This document shows, piece by piece, positions 1 through 9,262 of a stretch of DNA of 64,000 bases. The notes beneath the pieces were generated by a model. That model was not told the origin of the DNA, ran no database searches, and saw only the letters and a program-made list of their open reading frames with translations. The stretch is from Lutibacter sp. (GTDB lineage: Bacteria; Bacteroidota; Bacteroidia; Flavobacteriales; Flavobacteriaceae). Position numbers and translations under genes: made by a program. Every line of letters starts with the position of its first letter. The stretch's first letter is position 1. The stretch spans positions 988-64,987 of the forward strand of contig NZ_WTAR01000020.1 in NCBI RefSeq assembly GCF_013139515.1, read 5' to 3'.

Positions 1-680
1 ACATTATCATACACACATAATCTTGGAAAAAATTGAGCAATAACATAACTATTGTTTCCATCTAAAGGAAAATGTTCAAAACCAGAACGGCCACCTTGAC
101 TTACATGATTGTTTATATTATACCACCATTTAATTTTAAACGAATGTGTTGCGCCTGATACTAAAGGTTCATCTAAATTTAAACGCATCATTGTTTGATT
201 GATTATATACGATGCATCACTATCATCAATATTTTTTACATATTCAATTTTAAAACCACCATCAAAAGGGTCTTCTATAAAAGTTTCTGAAAACTTTGAA
301 GGAGAGTATAATACACTTGCACCACTACCTTGTATATCGTTTGTTTTTGAATCTGAAGCACGCATATTTTGATCTAGTTGTATCCATAAATACTCTAAAT
401 TATCTGTTGAATTATTATGATATGTAATAGTTTCTTCTCCATAAATCCGTTGGTTATCATCATCTAAAATAATATCCATTTTATAATCAACTTGTTGTTG
501 CGTGTATTCATAACCTGGGGCTCCGGAAGCAGTGTGTTGACTGTTGGGAGTAGGTAGTTCTTCGCTAAGTTGTTTAAATTTACTGGTATTATAATGCCCT
601 TTTTGTCTTTCAACTTCTTGAGCAATAGTTATATTAACTAAAAATAACAGAGATATTAAAATGTATATTATTTTTTTCAT
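1..680 (-). CDS. M1 family metallo-aminopeptidase, N-terminal part (runs off the window start)
   Basis: Manual translation from ATG at 680: MKKIIYILISLLFLVNITIAQEVERQKGHYNTSKFKQLSEELPTPNSQHTASGAPGYEYTQQQVDY...; closely paralogous to the N-terminus of 766..3027; signal peptide; not in ORF track. Confidence 0.9.
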   Translation of the reverse strand, partial: MKKIIYILISLLFLVNITIAQEVERQKGHYNTSKFKQLSEELPTPNSQHTASGAPGYEYTQQQVDYKMDIILDDDNQRIYGEETITYHNNSTDNLEYLWIQLDQNMRASDSKTNDIQGSGASVLYSPSKFSETFIEDPFDGGFKIEYVKNIDDSDASYIINQTMMRLNLDEPLVSGATHSFKIKWWYNINNHVSQGGRSGFEHFPLDGNNSYVIAQFFPRLCVYDN

Positions 681-730
681 AAGTGTTTTAATTAATTTTT
701 AAGATTTCTAAAGTAAGTAATATTTTATAA

Positions 731-757
731 AAGAAAAAACCACTCAAAATGAGTGGT
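731..757 (-). terminator. Intrinsic terminator between the two M1 peptidase genes
   Basis: ACCACTCA-aaa-TGAGTGGT stem (739-757) followed by a U-tract on the minus strand. Confidence 0.7.
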
Positions 758-765
758 CATACTTT

Positions 766-3027
766 TTATCCTTTAATTTGGTTTCGTTTAAATTGCTCAA
801 ACTTATTTTCTTTATTTTTTGGCCAGCTGTTGTTTGTTAAATCTACATCAGCAGTTTGTTCATCAGGATCTACAGTAATCTTTGAAATTGCTTTGCTTGA
901 TGGGAAGACTTTTGTTACTTCATTATCATTCAAACTCCAAATTTCAGCCGGATATTGCTTACGTTCTTTGGTGCCATCTTCGTATTCAAATTCAACAATA
1001 ATTGGCATTACTAAATCACCTGGTTTTTCAAAAACTAATTCATAAAAATATTTAGGAGCCTTTAACGTAGCTTTTTCTTCTGAAGTAAAGTTTTGTTCAA
1101 CATAATCGCTTAATAAATTGTAATCCTCAGGTTTTTTCTTTTTCAAATTTTTATTGAATTCTTTGCTGTCTTCAGAAACTAAATATAAAGAAGGTGGTAA
1201 TTGATCCACAGTAATTCCGTAAGCTTTTGCCATGTTTTTAGCACGTTCAGTTGGTTTATCTGTTACATAGAATTTTTTAACTTCTTTTATACCAATATCA
1301 GTATTTCCAGTAGTATAAAACCAACCTCTCCAAAACCAATCTAAATCCATTGCAGAAGCATCTTCCATAGTTCTAAAAAAATCTGCAGGAGTAGGATGTT
1401 TAAAAGCCCAGCGTTTTGAATACGTTTTAAAAGCGTAGTCAAATAGCTCAGGTCCCATAATGGTTTGTCTTAAAATATATAAAGCAGCAGCAGGTTTTGC
1501 ATAAGCATTTGATCCGAAATTTAAAACTGTACCACCTTGAGACATAATTGGGGAAAGTTTACTTTGATCTCCAGACATATATCTAGTAATATCTTTAGCG
1601 GTGCTTTTCATTGGGAATAATTCTGAATCGTATTTGTATTCAGCTAAAATTTCAATAAAAGAATTTAAACCTTCATCCATCCAAGTCCATTGACGTTCAT
1701 CTGAATTTACAATCATAGGAAAAAAGTTATGACCAACTTCATGCGTTACAACACCAATCATACCTTTTTTTGTTCTTTCAGAATATTTTCCATTTGTATT
1801 TGGCCTTCCATAATTCCAGCAAATCATAGGATATTCCATTCCTTGACGTTTTGCATTAACCGATGTTGCATGCGGATATGGATAATCAAATGTATGTTCT
1901 GAATAGATTTTTAAAGTATTAGCTACAACTCTTGTTGAATGTTCTTCCCAAAGCGGATTTCCCTCATTAGGATATAATGAATATGCCATTACAGTTTTAT
2001 CATTTAATTTAACAGCCATAGCGTCCCAAATTAATTTACGCGAACTTGCAAATGCAAAATCACGAACATTTTCAGCATATATTTTCCAAGTTTTTGTTTT
2101 ATTAGATTGCCCTTTTTCTGCTTCAAGTGCTTCTTCAGGAGTTACAATAAATACAGGATTATTATAAGAAGTGTTTGCTTCAACGTACCTTTTATATTGT
2201 TTGTTTGTAAATACATCTTTAGGGTTTTGAATTACACCAGTTCCATTTAAAATATGATCTTTAGGTGTTGTAATTGAAACTTCATAATTTCCAAATTCTA
2301 AAGCAAACTCACTTCGTCCCCAAAACTGCATATTCTGCCATCCTTCAACGTTATTATACACCGCTAAACGAGGGAAAAATTGAGCAATAATGTATAAGTT
2401 ATTTCCATCAGGAAATGGTTCGTAACCAGATCTACCTCTTATTGATGTGTAATCGTTAATATTATACCACCATTTTATATTGAATATAAATTTTTCACCT
2501 GAAGCTAAAGGTATAGTTAAATCAACACGCATCATAGTGTTGTTTATCATATAATGTAAGTCATTACCTGAAGCATCTGTAATATATTCAATATTAAAAC
2601 CTCCTTGAAAAGGTTTTCCCATAAATTGTTTTGTAAATTTTGAAGGAGAATATAAAGCATCTGGGCCACCACCTTTTATTTCGTTAGTTTTTGAATTTGG
2701 AGCACGCATATTTTGATCTAGTTGCACCCATAAATAGTCTAAATTATCTTTAGAATTATTGTGATATGTAATAGTTTCTTCACCAAAAAGTTTATTATTT
2801 TTTTCATCTAAAATAATGTTCATTCTATAATCAACTTGTTGCTGGGTGTATTCATAACCAGGAGCACCAGAAGCAGTGTGCTGTTTGTTTGGTGTTGGCA
2901 ACTTGTCTTTTAGCTGCTTAAATTTACTAGTATTGTAATGTGATTTTTGTCCTGGTTTTACTTCTTGGGCATAAAACGATGTTGATATGCATGCAATTGA
3001 AATTGCTAAAATGAATATTTTTTTCAT
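766..3027 (-). CDS. M1 family metallo-aminopeptidase, secreted
   Basis: GMEYP exopeptidase motif, HEVGH...E zinc motif (HEVGHNFFPMIVNSDERQWTWMDEG), signal peptide. Confidence 0.92.
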   Translation of the reverse strand: MKKIFILAISIACISTSFYAQEVKPGQKSHYNTSKFKQLKDKLPTPNKQHTASGAPGYEYTQQQVDYRMNIILDEKNNKLFGEETITYHNNSKDNLDYLWVQLDQNMRAPNSKTNEIKGGGPDALYSPSKFTKQFMGKPFQGGFNIEYITDASGNDLHYMINNTMMRVDLTIPLASGEKFIFNIKWWYNINDYTSIRGRSGYEPFPDGNNLYIIAQFFPRLAVYNNVEGWQNMQFWGRSEFALEFGNYEVSITTPKDHILNGTGVIQNPKDVFTNKQYKRYVEANTSYNNPVFIVTPEEALEAEKGQSNKTKTWKIYAENVRDFAFASSRKLIWDAMAVKLNDKTVMAYSLYPNEGNPLWEEHSTRVVANTLKIYSEHTFDYPYPHATSVNAKRQGMEYPMICWNYGRPNTNGKYSERTKKGMIGVVTHEVGHNFFPMIVNSDERQWTWMDEGLNSFIEILAEYKYDSELFPMKSTAKDITRYMSGDQSKLSPIMSQGGTVLNFGSNAYAKPAAALYILRQTIMGPELFDYAFKTYSKRWAFKHPTPADFFRTMEDASAMDLDWFWRGWFYTTGNTDIGIKEVKKFYVTDKPTERAKNMAKAYGITVDQLPPSLYLVSEDSKEFNKNLKKKKPEDYNLLSDYVEQNFTSEEKATLKAPKYFYELVFEKPGDLVMPIIVEFEYEDGTKERKQYPAEIWSLNDNEVTKVFPSSKAISKITVDPDEQTADVDLTNNSWPKNKENKFEQFKRNQIKG

Positions 3028-3092
3028 GGGTAGTTAATTTGTGAAAAATGTTTTGAAAATTAATTATTTTAAGTAAGATAAAGTGTAGTTGC

Positions 3093-3590
3093 TTAAAAAT
3101 TTAACAAACCTTTATCATTTTTAGCTGTTAAATAAAATGTTTTATGAATTTTGTTTGCTTTTATTTTAACAATATTTTGTTGATCTTTAAAATCTTTAAA
3201 AAGGAAATTATTAATAATTTCTATAGATTTTATTTTCTCAATATTGGTTATTTCTAAGTAAAAACGAACAATATCATCATCATATTCTTTTCCAATATAT
3301 ATATAAGGTTTTAAGCTATTATTTACTGTAATTTTAAAGTGTTTGTTTAGATATGATTGATAATATTCGTCAATATTTTCAACTTCTTGTTTTGTTGCTA
3401 GGTTAAGTGTTTTTTTATGATTTTTATTAAGTGTAAACTCAAGATCATCAATAAAAAGACCAACTGTTATCTGAAGCGTATTTTGTTCTTCATTATGTTC
3501 AATTTCACATAAACTTATGTAGTATTTGTGCATAGTAAATGCAACTAACGGAATAAAAAAAAGGATATATAAATATTTTCTAAGATTCAT
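3093..3590 (-). CDS. DUF6702-like conserved Bacteroidota protein
   Basis: HKYYISLCEI motif after a signal peptide; typical neighbour of M1 peptidases in flavobacteria. Confidence 0.65.
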   Translation of the reverse strand: MNLRKYLYILFFIPLVAFTMHKYYISLCEIEHNEEQNTLQITVGLFIDDLEFTLNKNHKKTLNLATKQEVENIDEYYQSYLNKHFKITVNNSLKPYIYIGKEYDDDIVRFYLEITNIEKIKSIEIINNFLFKDFKDQQNIVKIKANKIHKTFYLTAKNDKGLLNF

Positions 3591-3654
3591 TCAAATTTAT
3601 TTTATGGCTAATAAACAAAAAGCATTTTAAAGGACACATATTTAATGTAAATTA

Positions 3655-4422
3655 TTATTTCTGAATTAATTTAAACTCTTTAGATTGTTTTATTAAGAAG
3701 TTTTTAATAACAATTTCTTCACTTTTATAGAAATCTAGCAAACCATTTCCTTCACAATAATCTAAAAATAAATAGATATTCTCTACGGAAATATGTAATA
3801 CGTCGCTAAAAAAAGTTGCATCATATTCATTTTTAATTTTAGTAGAAAATTCAGCTCTAAGCTTTTTACTTTTTTCAAGTTCTAGTTTTTGATCTAACTT
3901 TCTTGCTTTTCTTTTTAAACGAGATTTTTTTGTTAGCATCATAAATAAAGCAATTGGGTTTAAGCCACCAGCATTAGCATTTGGGTCGGTTAATTTACGT
4001 GCATTTGGTGGTTTGTTATTTGAAATTTTATCAGTGCGAAGAATTGTACCTTTGGTAACTGCTGCTTTGCTCCAATCTAAAAATATTTTTTTTGCTAACA
4101 TTACTTCTTCTAACTGATAATAATCGGGTTCTAAATAAATTGTTATTTTTTTAGATTTTAAATGCGTTTTTGAAATTATAATATTTCTATTTGTGTATAC
4201 AAGTGATGAAAATAAAATAGAATCACCTTCCATGGCTAAAATGGTAAAACTCCCATTTTTATCACTGGCTCCACCTAAGAGTGTCATTTTATTTGAGATA
4301 TTAATATCAGGTAAATACATGGAATTGTATTTTACAGTTCCTTCAAGTTGTATTCTTTGTTGTTGAGCGTTTGTTTTTAAGAATATAAATACTAAAACAA
4401 AATATAGAATTTTTAATTTCAT
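3655..4422 (-). CDS. Carboxypeptidase-regulatory-like domain protein
   Basis: Signal peptide followed by SDKNGSFTI...GDSILFSSL...LEEV pattern. Confidence 0.6.
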   Translation of the reverse strand: MKLKILYFVLVFIFLKTNAQQQRIQLEGTVKYNSMYLPDINISNKMTLLGGASDKNGSFTILAMEGDSILFSSLVYTNRNIIISKTHLKSKKITIYLEPDYYQLEEVMLAKKIFLDWSKAAVTKGTILRTDKISNNKPPNARKLTDPNANAGGLNPIALFMMLTKKSRLKRKARKLDQKLELEKSKKLRAEFSTKIKNEYDATFFSDVLHISVENIYLFLDYCEGNGLLDFYKSEEIVIKNFLIKQSKEFKLIQK

Positions 4423-4533
4423 AGCAAAAGAAGTAAGTTGGTTAATCTTAAATTCATTAAAACAAATTACGATATTGAAATCTTAAAACTGTATTAATGT
4501 ATTGGTAAACTTATGTTAAAGATTGAAAATTTG

Positions 4534-4541
4534 TATATTTG
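4534..4541 (+). promoter_or_regulatory. Bacteroidota -7 promoter element for pepE
   Basis: TATATTTG matches TAnnTTTG, 16 nt upstream of the ATG at 4558. Confidence 0.6.
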
Positions 4542-4557
4542 ATAAAACTTAATTTTA

Positions 4558-5265
4558 ATGAAAAAACTATTTATAGCAAGCACTTCAACGGTTCATGGAA
4601 AAGGATATTTAGAATATATGTTACCTGAACTATCAGTTTTTTTTAAAGGAATTCAAGAAATTTTATTTATTCCGTACGCAAGACCAAGCGGACTTACACA
4701 TGACGAGTATACAAGCAGAGCACAAAGCGGATTTGAAAAAATTAATATTAAATTAAAAGGCATTCATCAATTTAAAAACCCAATTGAAGCAGTTAATCTT
4801 GCAAAGGCAATTTTTGTTGGTGGTGGTAATACTTTCTTGTTAACAAAACAGCTGTATGCTAATAAACTAATATCAACAATAAAAAATGTTGTTGAAAATG
4901 GTGTGCCATATTTTGGAACAAGTGCAGGGAGTGTTATTACTGGTGTAACTATGCAAAACACGAATGATATGCCTATAATATATCCGCCAAGTTTTGATAC
5001 ATTTAAGTTTTTAAATTTTAATTTGAATTGTCATTATTTAGATCCAGATACAAATTCTACACATATGGGTGAAACAAGAGAAACCCGTATTAATGAATAT
5101 CATACTATAAATAAAACACCCGTTTTAGGCTTAAGAGAAGGAAGTTGGTTGTTGTTTAAAGGAAATAAAATAACTTTAAAAGGAGGTTTTAACGCTCGTT
5201 TATTTCAGCAAAATAAGGCAGCTTTAGAATTGCCGTCTGAAACCGATTTTAGTTTTTTAATGTAA
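4558..5265 (+). CDS. pepE: Dipeptidase E (peptidase S51)
   Basis: FIPYA, GGGNTF, GTSAG nucleophile and NCHY motifs. Confidence 0.92.
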   Translation: MKKLFIASTSTVHGKGYLEYMLPELSVFFKGIQEILFIPYARPSGLTHDEYTSRAQSGFEKINIKLKGIHQFKNPIEAVNLAKAIFVGGGNTFLLTKQLYANKLISTIKNVVENGVPYFGTSAGSVITGVTMQNTNDMPIIYPPSFDTFKFLNFNLNCHYLDPDTNSTHMGETRETRINEYHTINKTPVLGLREGSWLLFKGNKITLKGGFNARLFQQNKAALELPSETDFSFLM

Positions 5266-5976
5266 ATCTAAAAATGAAGCTACTAATTGTGCGTCAGGAG
5301 AATTTTTAACTTCTAATGATAGTGTTTTATACGTTTCTTTAATCTGAAGAGTATCAACAGTTGTTGATTTTAAAAGATCCCTCAATATCATTGCTGATAC
5401 ATATGAGTTTTTGTGTTTAAATATAAAATTATAACTGAATTTAGTAAAATCTGTTTCAATATTTTTTATTTCACTTCCAATTTTCTTCAATTCATTAGCG
5501 TCATTTTCAAGCCTTGCTTTTTGAAATTGAGGAAATAAATAATCTATTTTTTTAAAAATATTTTTAGAAGCTATTTTATATTCGTTTAATTCATTATTAA
5601 GTTGAGAGCCATTTATTAATGGGTCATTTATAGCATCTGAACTTATAAAAACATTAAAAGATGTATTTTCAATAATTAAAATTGATGCGGAAGAATAATT
5701 TTGATAAGTTAAGGCAAATCGTTCTGGAAAATCTACAATTCCTTTAAATAAAAAATTATTATTTTCAATAATACTAGAATCTATTTCATAAAAAGAATCT
5801 CCAATTATTTTGTTTAAATAAACTTTTTCAGGGTAAAAATTCTCTAACGTTCCTTTAATTTCAAAACTATTAAACGTTTTTAAAATTTGGTTATTAGTTT
5901 GTTTAATTTCTGCACTGTTTTTTTTACATGAAACAAGTAAGAAGGCTAAAAAGCTTAGTAAAAAAACCCGTTTCAT
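5257..5976 (-). CDS. DUF4369-domain lipoprotein
   Basis: Lipobox LVSC; IKGTLEN...KVYL...IDSSII..F.FKG pattern. Confidence 0.65.
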   Translation of the reverse strand: MKRVFLLSFLAFLLVSCKKNSAEIKQTNNQILKTFNSFEIKGTLENFYPEKVYLNKIIGDSFYEIDSSIIENNNFLFKGIVDFPERFALTYQNYSSASILIIENTSFNVFISSDAINDPLINGSQLNNELNEYKIASKNIFKKIDYLFPQFQKARLENDANELKKIGSEIKNIETDFTKFSYNFIFKHKNSYVSAMILRDLLKSTTVDTLQIKETYKTLSLEVKNSPDAQLVASFLDLH

Positions 5977-5991
5977 TTTAAAATTTGCTAA

Positions 5992-7134
5992 TTAATAATT
6001 CAAATATTCAACAATTTCAAGTCCGTAACCAGTCATACCAATTCGTTTAGTAACTGATGATGCATTTGACAAAACTTTAATTTTACTAATTTCTAAATCG
6101 TGTAAAATTTGTGCGCCAATACCAAAATCTTTATCATCTGGTTTTATTTGTGGGACTTTATTTTCTGTTTCTTTTTGAGCTTCTTTTAAAAGTGATAAAC
6201 GATTTATTAAGTTAAAAGATTGGTTTTCTTGACTAATAAATACAACTGCACCTTTGCCTTCTTCATCAATCATTTTAAAAATTTTAGAGAAAGTATCATC
6301 AGGTTTATTGGTTAAAAGTCTAATAATATCATTATTAATTAATGATGAGTTTACACGAACCATCACTGATTCATCTTCACTCCAAGAACCTTTTGTTAAG
6401 GCTAAATGAACTTGATTATTTGTGGTTTGTTTATAGGCTCTTAATCTAAATTCACCAAAACGAGTTTGCATGGTAAAATCTTCAACTTTATAAATTAGCG
6501 AATCATATTTCATACGATACGCAACTAAAGCTTCAATTGAAATAATTTTTAAATCAAACTTTTTAGCAACTTCTAATAATTGTGGCAAACGAGCCATTGT
6601 ACCATCTTCATTTAAAATTTCAACCAAAATACCCGATGGTTGAAAACCAGCTAATCGTGCTAAATCTATTGAAGCTTCTGTATGCCCAGTTCTTCTTAAA
6701 ACACCACCTTCTTTTGCTCTTAAAGGAAAAATATGACCAGGTCTTCCAAAATCATCAGGTTTTGTACTTTTTGAAGTTAAAGCTTTTATTGTTTTTGATC
6801 TGTCTTGAGCTGAAATACCAGTAGTACAACCATTACCAATTAAATCTATAGAAACAGTAAATTGTGTATTATGCAATACCGTATTTTTATTTACCATAAG
6901 TGGTAAATCTAATTCTTCACAACGAGTTTCAGTTAAAGGAGCGCAAATTAAACCTCTACCGTGTTTTGCCATGAAATTAATCATTTCAGGTGTAACACAT
7001 TCAGCAGCTGCAATAAAATCGCCTTCGTTTTCTCTATCTTCATCATCAACAACAATAATCATTTTACCATTTTTAATGTCTTCAATGGCTTCTTGAATTG
7101 TATTTAGTTGAATGTTATTTGTATTACTTTTCAT
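5992..7134 (-). CDS. ribB: 3,4-dihydroxy-2-butanone 4-phosphate synthase with degenerate GTP cyclohydrolase II domain
   Basis: [26 protein letters not shown] motifs; C-terminal RibA-like domain lacks the zinc cysteines. Confidence 0.92.
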   Translation of the reverse strand: MKSNTNNIQLNTIQEAIEDIKNGKMIIVVDDEDRENEGDFIAAAECVTPEMINFMAKHGRGLICAPLTETRCEELDLPLMVNKNTVLHNTQFTVSIDLIGNGCTTGISAQDRSKTIKALTSKSTKPDDFGRPGHIFPLRAKEGGVLRRTGHTEASIDLARLAGFQPSGILVEILNEDGTMARLPQLLEVAKKFDLKIISIEALVAYRMKYDSLIYKVEDFTMQTRFGEFRLRAYKQTTNNQVHLALTKGSWSEDESVMVRVNSSLINNDIIRLLTNKPDDTFSKIFKMIDEEGKGAVVFISQENQSFNLINRLSLLKEAQKETENKVPQIKPDDKDFGIGAQILHDLEISKIKVLSNASSVTKRIGMTGYGLEIVEYLNY

Positions 7135-7135
7135 T

Positions 7136-8587
7136 TTATGTGTTGTTGGTTGTTTTGATAAACCTTTTAAAAAATTTTTGAAAATTTGAAAATACGGAAT
7201 CTATGTTAAAAATACCCATTCCTTTTGTTGCTCTTCTTGTTAGTAAAATGCCAAAAGGCAATAAAATTAAGGTTGAGAGCCAACTCCCAAATAAAGCTGA
7301 AATTACACTTTCTTCAGATAAGTTACCACCTAATTTTGATATGAAAAAGTAGATTACAAATACAGAAATGGCTAATATCATTGGTAACCCAAAACCTCCT
7401 TTTCTAACAATTGAACCTAATGGGGCACCAATAAAGAATAGAACTAAACAAGCTAGAGCAAATGAAATTCTGTAACTAATTTCATGGTCATAGAGATTCA
7501 ATAATTTTCTCTTGTCTTTAAATCCCTTTTTCTGACTTCCATTGCGGTCAATAGTTCTTTTTAGGAGCTGTAGAGATTCGTTTAAAACAATAGTTTTATT
7601 TTTAGTATTAAAATTTTGAAGTATATCTGCATCTAATTTATCATCAATTAATGAATCATGATATTTATATAACTTTTTAGCTTCTATAATGTTGTAAAAA
7701 TAACTAGCTCTATTAGCTACATACACATCGTAGTTTTCTTTTGTTTTTCTAGAAGTAGAATCTAGCTGAACAATACTTAACATTCCATGATGGGATTTTA
7801 CTCTTTCATCGTCTAACTTATCGTCATCACTAAAAGAAGAAATATCAATATTTATAGTGTATTTTTTAAAAGTTGCATTAGAAGCTGGCATTTTAGCTCT
7901 TTCATCTGGCTTCATAGATTTGGTTACATGCTCTTCATAGTAATTACCGTTTTCTAAAGTTAAAGTCATGTATTTACTACCTTCACTGGTAGAAATTATT
8001 CCTTTTTCGGCCGTAATTACTTTTATTTTTCCTTTGGCAGCACTTAAATCTGATATTTGAACATTTTTTAGTAAATTTTCTTCTTCACCGTATTTTTCTT
8101 CAAACTTTATACTATACCCAGGTATTTCAGTATTAAAAGCACCTGGAACCAACGCTAAAGCTGGTTTTTTCTTTTTCATATTTAAATATAAATTCTTTTG
8201 CTTTAATGTAGCCCAAGGATATATATTATTTAGAAATACAAAGTTTAATGCGCTTATAAATAATGTTAAAATAATTAATGGTCTTATCACTCTTTTTAAT
8301 GAAATACCAGCCGATTTAATTGCAGCCATTTCATAGTTTTCAGACAAGTTACCCATAGCCATTATTGATGATAATAATATACCTATTGGTAATGCTGTAG
8401 GTGTAAGCATTAGCGCTAAATAGCCTAAAAATTTAAGTATAAAAAATATGTCAATTCCCTTTCCTGCAATTTCATCAAAAGCTAGCCAAAGTGATTGCAT
8501 AACTAAAACAAAAAGCACTACAAAAAATGTAGCCAACAAAGGTTCTATAAAACTTTTTAAAATGTATTTGTCAAATATTTTCAACAC
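7136..8587 (-). CDS. LptF/LptG family LPS export permease
   Basis: Three N-terminal and three C-terminal TM helices; ENYEMAAIKSAGISLKR and GAPLG motifs. Confidence 0.9.
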   Translation of the reverse strand: MLKIFDKYILKSFIEPLLATFFVVLFVLVMQSLWLAFDEIAGKGIDIFFILKFLGYLALMLTPTALPIGILLSSIMAMGNLSENYEMAAIKSAGISLKRVIRPLIILTLFISALNFVFLNNIYPWATLKQKNLYLNMKKKKPALALVPGAFNTEIPGYSIKFEEKYGEEENLLKNVQISDLSAAKGKIKVITAEKGIISTSEGSKYMTLTLENGNYYEEHVTKSMKPDERAKMPASNATFKKYTINIDISSFSDDDKLDDERVKSHHGMLSIVQLDSTSRKTKENYDVYVANRASYFYNIIEAKKLYKYHDSLIDDKLDADILQNFNTKNKTIVLNESLQLLKRTIDRNGSQKKGFKDKRKLLNLYDHEISYRISFALACLVLFFIGAPLGSIVRKGGFGLPMILAISVFVIYFFISKLGGNLSEESVISALFGSWLSTLILLPFGILLTRRATKGMGIFNIDSVFSNFQKFFKRFIKTTNNT

Positions 8588-8589
8588 TA

Positions 8590-9243
8590 TTATTTTGGTT
8601 CAGAAATGGTGTATTTTTTTTGATCTCTGTATTTTGGTGTGTCAAAGATAAAAAGCTTTTCTGATATAGGTTGATTTGTTTTGAAAGTTCTTACTTCAAG
8701 TGTTGTAATAGTACTGTTTGCGCCAGTTTCAATTACATTATAAATATGTTTAGTTTTAATGTCTATTCCAATAAGTACGCTAATAATTTCAGAATTGCTA
8801 TCAATAGGTGTTAGCTTTACATATTGTATTTTAATACCTTTTATATTTTTTAATTCACCCATTTTGTAGGTGTAACCATTTTTATAAAACGAAAACATTT
8901 TTGAAGGTGTTAATGTTTCTTCTTCGTTTTCTGAAGGTTTTTGGATAATAATTTCTTCATCTTCATGAATAATTAAATAAACTTTGTTGCCATCAAAAAG
9001 TTGTTCGGTACCCATATAATTTAGGTGGTACAAATCCCCTTTTAAAGTAACACTACCTCTTGTTTCTTGGTGAATTTCAGCTTCTGAATTATCAAATTTA
9101 TGATTAAATTCAATATATATGTTTTTATAAGTTTCAACTTTATTTGCCACTTCATCTAACAAGCTTTTGGCTTCGTTTGAATTTTGACTATAAGTTGAAA
9201 TACTTAAAAAAAGTACTGTTAAAAATAAGACTAGTTTTTTCAT
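8590..9243 (-). CDS. lolA: Outer-membrane lipoprotein carrier LolA
   Basis: Signal peptide, FDGNKVY motif, directly downstream of ftsK. Confidence 0.8.
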   Translation of the reverse strand: MKKLVLFLTVLFLSISTYSQNSNEAKSLLDEVANKVETYKNIYIEFNHKFDNSEAEIHQETRGSVTLKGDLYHLNYMGTEQLFDGNKVYLIIHEDEEIIIQKPSENEEETLTPSKMFSFYKNGYTYKMGELKNIKGIKIQYVKLTPIDSNSEIISVLIGIDIKTKHIYNVIETGANSTITTLEVRTFKTNQPISEKLFIFDTPKYRDQKKYTISEPK

Positions 9244-9262
9244 TCTATCACGTTCTTTTAAA

